IMG/VR virus record: IMGVR_UViG_3300020733_000013
Span: 11,891-75,890 of that record
Origin: a virus
Length of the DNA stretch: 64,000 nucleotides
Direction: 5' to 3' (one strand)
Part shown: in pieces, positions 57,401-64,000 of the stretch
Position numbering within the stretch: position 1 is the first letter of the stretch
Layout of the letters: every line of letters begins with the position of its first letter
Translations under genes and position numbers: made by a program
The notes under the pieces: generated by a model
Seen by the model: the letters and a program-made list of their open reading frames with translations, nothing else
What the model was told of the DNA's origin: nothing
The model's database searches: none

Positions 57401-59678
57401 AGATGTGACCGTTTCTTCAGCAAGTGGTGGTAAACAATGGGTATTTGATAGAAACGGTAAACTAACACTACCAGCTAATAGCTCAAATGACAGTGTAATA
57501 TACTCAGAAGCCGGTAACATAGAGTTATATACTAATAGGGAAAGTGGCTCTACTAAGATTCGTAACAAAGCAACACTAGACCAAACATGGACATTTAGTG
57601 ATGCTGGTTTAACATTCCCTGATACTACTACACAAACTACAGCATATACTGGACAAGTGGGCGCAGGTAATTCAGGATGGGCTTTATTATACGGTGGCAA
57701 TAAATTAGGATCAGGTGGTGAGCATGATTGGGTTGACTTTGATGGATCAGTAGTAGACGGTCAAGGTTATGTTTACTTCTTTGGTGGTACTATAGCATTT
57801 AGTCAAGGAAGCGGGGTATACAATCCTATCATTACAAAAGTAAACAGTGACGGTGGAGTAGAATGGTCTACTGTTATTCACGACTATTATGGTAAAGCGG
57901 TAGCAGCATTTTATATTGAAAGCAGCGGAGGCAACTATGTATTGTTGTACACAGATGATGAAACTGACACTACTACAACAAAACAATGGACTTATGGAGT
58001 AAATCCAGCAGACGGTTCATTATCTGAACAAAGCTACACTATTCCATCACAGTCCGGAGTTGGTGTTTGCTTGAGAGATGGTTGGGCATATACTTTGGCC
58101 GGGTCAGGTACATTAGCTATAGGTTGGGCAGGTTTCACTACAAATGAAATTGCTACAACTACATTAACTATTCTAACAGACCCTGCTCCAGATTCAACAT
58201 CATTTAGTGTGTTGAAGACTAATGTACCGGGACTAACATTATATAATTATAGTGTTTGTTTTATTGATACAATGAATACTATATCAGGTATTGATGACAA
58301 TTCAACTTATTGGACTATTCATGTAGGCACACCAGCAGACTTTACTACTGGTTCACATACTATTCAGATTCCACAAAACAGTAACGCAACTATTGGCGTT
58401 GTATACACGGGCGGCGGCGCTTGGTTGTCTGTTGGTACTGCTGGGAACACATATGAATATTATTCTAGTACCGCAGTTGATAAAACTAACGGTACTATCT
58501 ATGCAGTAGGTAATGATGATAATGGACATAGCATTGTATCTAGTTTTAGTATAAGTAGTGGACTAGTTGCAAACTGGCATAAACGAATCAATTTAAGTAC
58601 ATCATATCTTCAATTAACCGGTGTTGATGTTGATATTGGTGGCAGTGCAATTTATGTAGTTGGTGATGGTGATAACGGTTGTGGTTATATTACTAAAATG
58701 GATTCAACTGGACACATAATATGGCAAAGAAAAATTGATGACAGTGGTCAACCTTTTGGCGTCAGTGAATTAAGTGTAGCGGTGGGTACAGGTAATGAAA
58801 TTATTGTTGCTTGTGGCAGTTATGGCAGCGACTTCACACAGAATAATGCTGTTCTAATTGTTAGATTTAATTCAAACGGTGATACAGTATGGCAGCGTCA
58901 ACTTGATACCAGTTGGAGTGATTATGCAGGCGCCGGTTGGGACAGCTACGGTACCGGAACTCCAAGATTCGTATCAGCGGACGGTATCAGCTATTATCTA
59001 TCATTAGCGATTAACGGTAGTGGACCGCAAACAGACGGTGGTGGTGTTAAACTACCATTGAATGGAGAAGGCACAGGCTCATGGGGTAGCGGAGACGGCA
59101 CATGGAACTATACCAATGTATCATGGCCAATAACTTCAATTGACGTTACTGCTGATAGCACTAGTATCACTGATTTCGTAGTATCTACTCTTAGCACCAC
59201 TAGTGGTTCAGGTTCTACTCCAAGTGTGTATACTGGTATTAAACCAGCAAATACTACTATCATTGGTTCTGATGCAATTAAGGGAATTGATAGAGCCGCA
59301 GTCAGTCATGGTAACGATACTATCACACTAGATATAACACATAATGGTAAATTCATTTACTATTATACTAATACTAGCGCTGGTTATCCAACTATCATTG
59401 TACCTAATAATAATAGTGTTCAATTACCAATTGGATATACTGTTACTATGGCAGTAGATACATTCAGTTACAACGGCTCACATTATGTAGTTAACATTAA
59501 TACCAATGGTGATACTAGCAATGGATTGATTATTAATGCTAGTGGAATTATAGCAGACAGCTATACTGGTAACTATTGGGGTATCGCAGGTGACGGTAAA
59601 CCTGGTATCTATACATTAATGAAAGTAGATACTAATCGCTGGATACTAAGTGGTCCTAACGTGTTCATCAACGATTAA
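54477..59678 (+). CDS. Giant fibre/adhesin: Mtd-N-like domain plus two beta-propeller regions
   Basis: IQIRKD..NW..ANPTLALGELGLDT; repeated D.SGN.Y / K.DSSG...W.K blades; WxFxxxGxLxxP repeats. Confidence 0.8.
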   Translation: MSTIQIRKDTSDNWAAANPTLALGELGLDTTHNQIKAGDGVTAWDSLPYLKGDTGNITFSGGELNNSTGGDIAITPSEGNTALILPGDTNSNAGEPTFLQNTGSGGIVLSTGQGNLNIGNADGPTQPTHLHIRQDNPANVNLFLGDDNQFVKLATDGTTVVQARIGSEAQAIVSGAPIGITYSTQITYITRATPAVVTVADTSGLSAGVTVYLHEITQTDWISLRDTSYYVGSVIDGTTFNLYTDSGLTTPLNTTAINSEWGGGDPQADGNAVLLSNPGEAYIIAGFDSTNITNGWGNSYIGGGNVTIETTNGLFTFDSTGALNLEAYGVIRNGGEGSVNIVGSNFAQLQWTVDGINTPNPNYDSNVYNWLYVDEYGTHIGGSTNYGWDFNTNGVLNAPALGEVIATHEFNITARDYQHEGTTFVNVLNPAEVQNPADNQPFYIKGVQYLNNGDIVVIGESYGFNTAFVKRIHSSNTSGYAGNTVWSYQLSGSPYGYGLTTDASNNVYITLQSNNDSYVLKLDSNGNKVWETKIHGTSKTVNGFNLDYNQNGSISLVGVINSGGNDQSFIAQLDCVTGAVNWEKSISGAGYEDSFGIGCDSAGNTLIVGNTQDSNPTKVFLALFDINGTLTWQKYWGNGININSALQGADVCIDSSGNWYVYTTWNNESISVGVTKIDSSGTIIWSKGLQGTCEDWAASIAVDSSDNLYIYGTMTNLNGMFDQQTFIGVMSPAGSLLHQHYFGKRGNFNFPGEAPWGDNPYSNQAGQMISVNGTNIVVAGMVSTVGFGDNATDPTESITGWVAQVPALSNDSYKIGEFEFLVSNFSFSDVAITPGSGALTIDNAGLTVTISGSVFTLQPTNITFTTYRLGDMTWTFRQDGTLNMPFGSIGYMELGTNGLDLYSDIASWVGLNYNNTNWVRVTSDGAFVNTSGEYQWSFNDDGSTSLPGSLHISPNSGNPIIAANNNNSLTVGADLDVTVSSASGGKQWVFDRNGKLTLPANSSNDSVIYSEAGNIELYTNRESGSTKIRNKATLDQTWTFSDAGLTFPDTTTQTTAYTGQVGAGNSGWALLYGGNKLGSGGEHDWVDFDGSVVDGQGYVYFFGGTIAFSQGSGVYNPIITKVNSDGGVEWSTVIHDYYGKAVAAFYIESSGGNYVLLYTDDETDTTTTKQWTYGVNPADGSLSEQSYTIPSQSGVGVCLRDGWAYTLAGSGTLAIGWAGFTTNEIATTTLTILTDPAPDSTSFSVLKTNVPGLTLYNYSVCFIDTMNTISGIDDNSTYWTIHVGTPADFTTGSHTIQIPQNSNATIGVVYTGGGAWLSVGTAGNTYEYYSSTAVDKTNGTIYAVGNDDNGHSIVSSFSISSGLVANWHKRINLSTSYLQLTGVDVDIGGSAIYVVGDGDNGCGYITKMDSTGHIIWQRKIDDSGQPFGVSELSVAVGTGNEIIVACGSYGSDFTQNNAVLIVRFNSNGDTVWQRQLDTSWSDYAGAGWDSYGTGTPRFVSADGISYYLSLAINGSGPQTDGGGVKLPLNGEGTGSWGSGDGTWNYTNVSWPITSIDVTADSTSITDFVVSTLSTTSGSGSTPSVYTGIKPANTTIIGSDAIKGIDRAAVSHGNDTITLDITHNGKFIYYYTNTSAGYPTIIVPNNNSVQLPIGYTVTMAVDTFSYNGSHYVVNINTNGDTSNGLIINASGIIADSYTGNYWGIAGDGKPGIYTLMKVDTNRWILSGPNVFIND

Positions 59679-59687
59679 GGAATAAAA

Positions 59688-60383
59688 ATGTCTATACTAC
59701 AAGCAATAGTAGCAGTATCTAGCTTAGGAACAGCAGGTCCAACAAGTATTATATCCAGCGGTATATTGTTTGACCTTGACATGAAGAACTATGTATCGGG
59801 TACTGGCTGGCCAGATGCAAGTAGTAATCATAATGACTTTTCATTTACTAATACGCCAACTGTAGTTAATACCGGAACTAACACAGCATACTGGGATAAT
59901 ACTGCTGGCGTTTACGTCAACGCTCAACCCACAAGTGACTCAGCAATATTACCAAACGGTAATTATACTAAGGGCGTTTTGCTTCGCACTGACGACGGTA
60001 ATACCGGTACTGGTAACATACTTTCAAGTGTTAATGGTATAGATGTGTTCTGGACTAACGGTGGTAATATAATACAAGGTGGACATAACGGAGACTGGAG
60101 TCACGTTGTGGGTAATACTTCTATTCCTGTCAGTCAGTGGGTTTATGTTGCAGTTACCTTTGACACAACGACAGGTTGGAAACTATATCAAAACGGGGTT
60201 CTTATTGGATCTAACACTGACGCAGCCAATGTAATGGGAGCTGATAGCATACCAGACATTGCAGGCTTCACTGGTAATTATGGTTGGACAGGAAAATATG
60301 CAGCCGCACATGAGTACACAAGAGCACTATCATTAACAGAGATACAGCAAAACTACCAATATTATCTATCAAGATATAGTTAA
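59688..60383 (+). CDS. LamG/concanavalin A-like lectin domain protein
   Basis: QWVYVAVTFD...KLYQNG...YTRALS..EIQQNY. Confidence 0.85.
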   Translation: MSILQAIVAVSSLGTAGPTSIISSGILFDLDMKNYVSGTGWPDASSNHNDFSFTNTPTVVNTGTNTAYWDNTAGVYVNAQPTSDSAILPNGNYTKGVLLRTDDGNTGTGNILSSVNGIDVFWTNGGNIIQGGHNGDWSHVVGNTSIPVSQWVYVAVTFDTTTGWKLYQNGVLIGSNTDAANVMGADSIPDIAGFTGNYGWTGKYAAAHEYTRALSLTEIQQNYQYYLSRYS

Positions 60384-60973
60384 CGTATACCTTGAGTTTT
60401 TAACTTAACACAAGTATTGCACTTTCCACAGGGTGCAATACTTTTTTCGTTGTAGATTGGATGACGGCAGCTCCAAAACATATCACGTAACGGTGTAGGT
60501 AACATATCATATATCTCACGCTTAGTCATATCAAGAACAGGATAAATCTTCTCAGCACTAGTGAATGCTCTTAATATGTTATTAGCACGAATGATTCTAG
60601 CTTCAATAGTATGACTACTATCAGTTGATTGCATACCTATAGCAACTTTTTTGATATCAGGGTTGGCCATACAAACATAACCAGCAAAGAAGTTGATAGA
60701 GTCAGAGTCAAACATAAACGTATCACCGTATGGTTGTGTACCAATCAAACTATCACTATATTGAAAAGAAAATCCTAACTTCTTTAACTCACCTAATGCA
60801 AGTTTTACTGCAATAGCTTCTGCTTTATCTCGTTCTTCTACGTTCTTATTATGCACATGATGAATGTGAATATTGTAGTCTTTGTATTCATCTTCAGTGA
60901 GTAATTTGTAAACCGTGCCTAAGCTGTCTAACCCGCCTGAGTACATTGCTAGTATTGTTTGTTTTTGTTCCAT
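60380..60973 (-). CDS. QueC-like PP-loop ATPase
   Basis: MYSGGLDS PP-loop; MTKREI; WSC...CGKCNTC Zn motif. Confidence 0.7.
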   Translation of the reverse strand: MEQKQTILAMYSGGLDSLGTVYKLLTEDEYKDYNIHIHHVHNKNVEERDKAEAIAVKLALGELKKLGFSFQYSDSLIGTQPYGDTFMFDSDSINFFAGYVCMANPDIKKVAIGMQSTDSSHTIEARIIRANNILRAFTSAEKIYPVLDMTKREIYDMLPTPLRDMFWSCRHPIYNEKSIAPCGKCNTCVKLKTQGIR

Positions 60974-61404
60974 ATATAAAATGTGTAAATGTCGTTAATT
61001 TTGTGTTCGTCTGGTACTGGATTTAATTCATCAGCTTTTGGAAAATACACTGCATATCTACTTTTCCATGTGGTTCTTAGAAAAGACCTAACTATAAATC
61101 TATCACAGTTGGGTAGTATCACAGATAATAACTTCTCAGTAAACTCTTTACCAAACGCTATACCACCATCCATGATAACTGTATCAAAGTGTTCGTTCAG
61201 TTGAAACCAGTCTTTCTGCTTTATCTTAATATCAGCATATTTAGGTTCTACATCCCATGCTTCAGTACACAGGGGTAATAACAATTTAGTGCTTCCTAGC
61301 AACAACACACGACCCTGAACATATGATTCAAATACTTTATAATCATCGTTGTTGGGCGCTGCTGGCCACTGCAAATTAATCCAGAAGTCTTTGTCTGATT
61401 CCAT
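60949..61404 (-). CDS. Hypothetical protein, possible degenerate SAM-methyltransferase fold
   Basis: RVLLLGST...DW....FDTVIMDG; TATAAATA on the minus strand at 61409-61416. Confidence 0.45.
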   Translation of the reverse strand: MESDKDFWINLQWPAAPNNDDYKVFESYVQGRVLLLGSTKLLLPLCTEAWDVEPKYADIKIKQKDWFQLNEHFDTVIMDGGIAFGKEFTEKLLSVILPNCDRFIVRSFLRTTWKSRYAVYFPKADELNPVPDEHKINDIYTFYIWNKNKQY

Positions 61405-61463
61405 GCTTTATTTATAACCAAAAATTTGATAAATATAATATCGGTACTATAAGGACAATAATA

Positions 61464-62294
61464 ATGCGTATACCAAACATCAATTTAGCAAAAGCACAAA
61501 ACATCAAAGCAGCTTTCCAAGCAGCAAGTAGAGGCAAATATCACTGGGTGCGTGATACCCCGGATCCAAGAGACCAAATCTATCAATTGCAACCACTACA
61601 AACTACACCCGGTACTGTAGATTTGCGTCAATATGCAAGCCCCATTGATGACCAAGGTAATCTAGGAAGTTGTACTGGTAATGCTATTGCAGGACAGATT
61701 GATTTGATTGATAAAAAAGGTGGTAAAAATCTACGAGTTAGTCGTTTGTTCATTTATTACCAAGAACGTGTATTGGAAGGGACAACACGCTATGATTCAG
61801 GTGCTTATATCCGTGATGGTATCAAAGCATGTTATACATACGGTGCCCCATTAGAAAGTCTATGGCCTTATAATATCAACCAGTTTGCAGTTAAACCTAA
61901 TACATCAGCAACAAATGATGCATTAAATCGTAAAGTTACAGGGTATCAAAAATGTACAGATTTTAACGCAGTCAAAAATGCATTAGCAAACGGAAATCCA
62001 GTGACTATTGGATTTGACGTATATAGTAGTTTTGAGTCAGGAAACTGGTATAATACAACCGGTATCATGCCATACCCTAACACAAACAGAGAATCATTAT
62101 TAGGTGGACATGCGGTTTGTTTAGTTGGTTACAACGACAACTTAAACAATAGTGGTCATGGTTATTTCCTAGCAAGAAACAGTTGGGGAACTAGCTGGGG
62201 ATTACAGGGTTATTTCTGGATGCCATATCAAGTTATTCAGAATACTAATATGAGTAGTGACTTCTGGCTAATCTCAGCAGTGCATAATCCATAA
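61464..62294 (+). CDS. Papain-like cysteine peptidase (C1 family)
   Basis: VDLR...DQGNLGSCTGNA (Cys), GGHAV (His), RNSWGTSWG..GYF (Asn). Confidence 0.92.
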   Translation: MRIPNINLAKAQNIKAAFQAASRGKYHWVRDTPDPRDQIYQLQPLQTTPGTVDLRQYASPIDDQGNLGSCTGNAIAGQIDLIDKKGGKNLRVSRLFIYYQERVLEGTTRYDSGAYIRDGIKACYTYGAPLESLWPYNINQFAVKPNTSATNDALNRKVTGYQKCTDFNAVKNALANGNPVTIGFDVYSSFESGNWYNTTGIMPYPNTNRESLLGGHAVCLVGYNDNLNNSGHGYFLARNSWGTSWGLQGYFWMPYQVIQNTNMSSDFWLISAVHNP

Positions 62295-62344
62295 AAACAG
62301 TTCTGTTAAAAAAACGATAAATATCTAATATACGGAATTTATCT

Positions 62345-64000
62345 ATGAAAATTAATGAAACTTTCACAACCACATCAACTGATCCAGTAGGAAATCAGAG
62401 CCAACAAGCTCCTCACTTTGGTCGTTCAAACAAGGTCTTAGAAAAGAAAGACAAAGTTGAAGAAACTAGTGCAGGTGCTACAGGTTCAGGATCAATTGCT
62501 ACTGTATCAAATCCAATCGGTGGAATTAAGTCTCGTGGTAGTATTTTTTCTGGTGTAAAAACTAGCTCAAAATATCCCAACAGCAGAAAAGCTGGCATCA
62601 AAGAAAATAAAGAAGTAGAAGAAGGTCGATATTATAATCGTGATGCATATCAACGTGACTATGATTCAAGTCGTACAGGGTTTGGTCGTAGAGGTCGTGA
62701 AGACGATGAATATGTCAATGGACCAGATAAACTAACTTACAAAGTTCGTATCTTAGTGATTAACCCAGAAGGTGCTGAGGAAGATAGAACTGTAACTATC
62801 ACTACGGCAAAAGGTCCTGAATTTGCAAAAACACGTTCAATTAAACATTTAACTGACAAGGGTTATAAAATTCGTAAAGTATTTGATCCTGTAGAATCAG
62901 GATTAAATGAAGATGATGAACCTGAAGGTGAAACATTAAAAAATAGTCTTCACACTATTGTTCGTGTAGCATCAGATTTAGATGAAAGATTAAGTGTTGA
63001 TGAAGATTTTCCTGAATGGGTAAGTGAGAAAATCGGTACTGTAAAATCAATGTTGGTTAGTGTCATGGATTATTTAATCAGTGACCAAGAAATGCGTCAT
63101 GATCCTGATGCCATGAATGAAAGTGGTGGTCGTACAGTTTATGACATGGACAAAGAATATGGCGCACCTGCACAAAGACATAAGCCAGTAATTGCTCGTG
63201 GTAGTAGTTCAAGATATGATCCAGATGCAGTAGATCCTATGCACAGAGATCAACGCAGATTCCAAGCTGACCAAGATCGTTACTTGCAAGCACAGCGTGA
63301 TGCCATTGCCAAAATGAAAGCTGAAAAAGGCTTAGAAGAAGGCAGTGACGAACTATATCAAAAGGCTATTCACAAGTATGCTCAACGAGTAGCAGATGAC
63401 TACTTGGGTGGTGGCAATGAATATCTTTATGGTGCCAACAAGTTTGATAGCGAAATGTTTGGAGTAGATCCTAAACAAGCACAACAAGACTTTAAGACAT
63501 TGTTTGCTCAACTAACAAAACAACAAGGTGTGGCGGAAGGATTGGATGGCCGTGCTAGTGCTACCCCGGCAATAAACAAACGCGGAAAATTCACATCGTG
63601 GGACGAGAATGAACCTATGCGTTTGAAATGTCAAGATGGTGAGTTCAGAACCATACAAGAAATCAATGTGCTTAGACAGAAAATGGGAATGAAACCTTTT
63701 TCTATCAAAGGCGAACAAGGTGTGGCGGAAGGCTCTGAGAACTTTACAATAACACAAAAGAAAGATCAGTCATATCCCGGCTCACTTCAGGTCGTTATCA
63801 CTGATAAATCTACTGGTAAACAAAAAGTTATTGCTGGCGATCCAAGAAAAATAAAACAACAAATCAAACAAGAGTTTGGTATAGATTATAACTTTAGTCA
63901 ACAAGGTGTGGCGGAAGGCAGAGTGTTGCACCGAGATTTGAAATCTTGGACAGATGACGCAAAATCGCAAGGGTTGAATGTTATTAAACCAAAAAATGAT
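62345..64000 (+). CDS. Modular putative head-cargo polyprotein with QGVAEG repeats, 3' truncated (missing from the ORF track)
   Basis: ATG 62345 after late box 62318-62323; by my translation open to the window end (MKINETF...VEETSAG...VEEGRYY...LNEDD...MNESG...KGLEEGS...QGVAEGL...QGVAEGS...QGVAEGR...). Confidence 0.85.
   Translation, partial: MKINETFTTTSTDPVGNQSQQAPHFGRSNKVLEKKDKVEETSAGATGSGSIATVSNPIGGIKSRGSIFSGVKTSSKYPNSRKAGIKENKEVEEGRYYNRDAYQRDYDSSRTGFGRRGREDDEYVNGPDKLTYKVRILVINPEGAEEDRTVTITTAKGPEFAKTRSIKHLTDKGYKIRKVFDPVESGLNEDDEPEGETLKNSLHTIVRVASDLDERLSVDEDFPEWVSEKIGTVKSMLVSVMDYLISDQEMRHDPDAMNESGGRTVYDMDKEYGAPAQRHKPVIARGSSSRYDPDAVDPMHRDQRRFQADQDRYLQAQRDAIAKMKAEKGLEEGSDELYQKAIHKYAQRVADDYLGGGNEYLYGANKFDSEMFGVDPKQAQQDFKTLFAQLTKQQGVAEGLDGRASATPAINKRGKFTSWDENEPMRLKCQDGEFRTIQEINVLRQKMGMKPFSIKGEQGVAEGSENFTITQKKDQSYPGSLQVVITDKSTGKQKVIAGDPRKIKQQIKQEFGIDYNFSQQGVAEGRVLHRDLKSWTDDAKSQGLNVIKPKND
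63522..63918 (+). repeat. Three identical 19-nt in-frame direct repeats AACAAGGTGTGGCGGAAGG
   Basis: 63522-63540, 63714-63732, 63900-63918; periods 192 and 186 nt; intervening sequences unrelated. Confidence 0.95.

Noticed and set aside
52873-59678. Diversity-generating retroelement suggested by the Mtd-N-like domains
   Set aside because: No reverse transcriptase and no TR/VR pair differing at adenines was seen. Mtd-N is only the anchor domain.
63522-63918. CRISPR array interpretation of the 19-nt repeats
   Set aside because: Spacers are ~170 nt, in frame and protein-coding; the repeat is short and non-palindromic; no cas genes in the window.
1-64000. Alternative genetic code / stop-codon reassignment
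   Set aside because: Standard-code ORFs tile the window densely, with full-length conserved proteins.
1-64000. tRNA or rRNA genes, integrase, IS elements
   Set aside because: No cloverleaf with a T-loop consensus in intergenic gaps and no transposase/integrase motifs recognised; the TnsA-like fold at 18381 is explained as the gp4 head-completion nuclease.

Overview
This 64 kb AT-rich window comes from a large T4-like myovirus (Caudoviricetes) and covers most of the late morphogenesis region. It encodes neck proteins, a tail-completion protein, a 1186-aa tail sheath, tail tube(s), head-completion nuclease, baseplate/Ig protein, many long fibre/adhesin genes (Mtd-N, C1q, LamG, beta-propeller, Hint domain) and a GH19 lysin. 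Auxiliary genes include dNMP kinase, MazG, Nudix, PhoH, GroES, DnaJ, ClpA, clamp loader, a split DnaE fragment, a QueC-like protein and a papain-like protease. About 23 TAAATA late-promoter boxes and three near-consensus sigma70 promoters are visible. The most striking unexplained structure is a set of apparent capsid-cargo polyproteins. They begin with T4 internal-protein-like leaders and consist of unrelated modules joined by (L/V/I/M/F)-x-E linkers resembling prohead-protease sites. In two of them, 62-66-codon modules are delimited by a nucleotide-conserved repeat (AACAAGGTGTGGCGGAAGG, core encoding QGVAEG). One of these ORFs (62345 to window end) is absent from the supplied ORF track. Cargo modules include a RelA/SpoT-type HD hydrolase, GNATs, nucleotidyltransferases and a ParB-like domain. 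Also notable: a second cassette array of small ORFs sharing a 34-nt junction (7625-8324), a candidate ~390-nt structured ncRNA (9008-9394), a three-hairpin leader (1112-1176) and an FG-repeat holin-like membrane protein. All calls are from motif recognition by eye; no searches were run.
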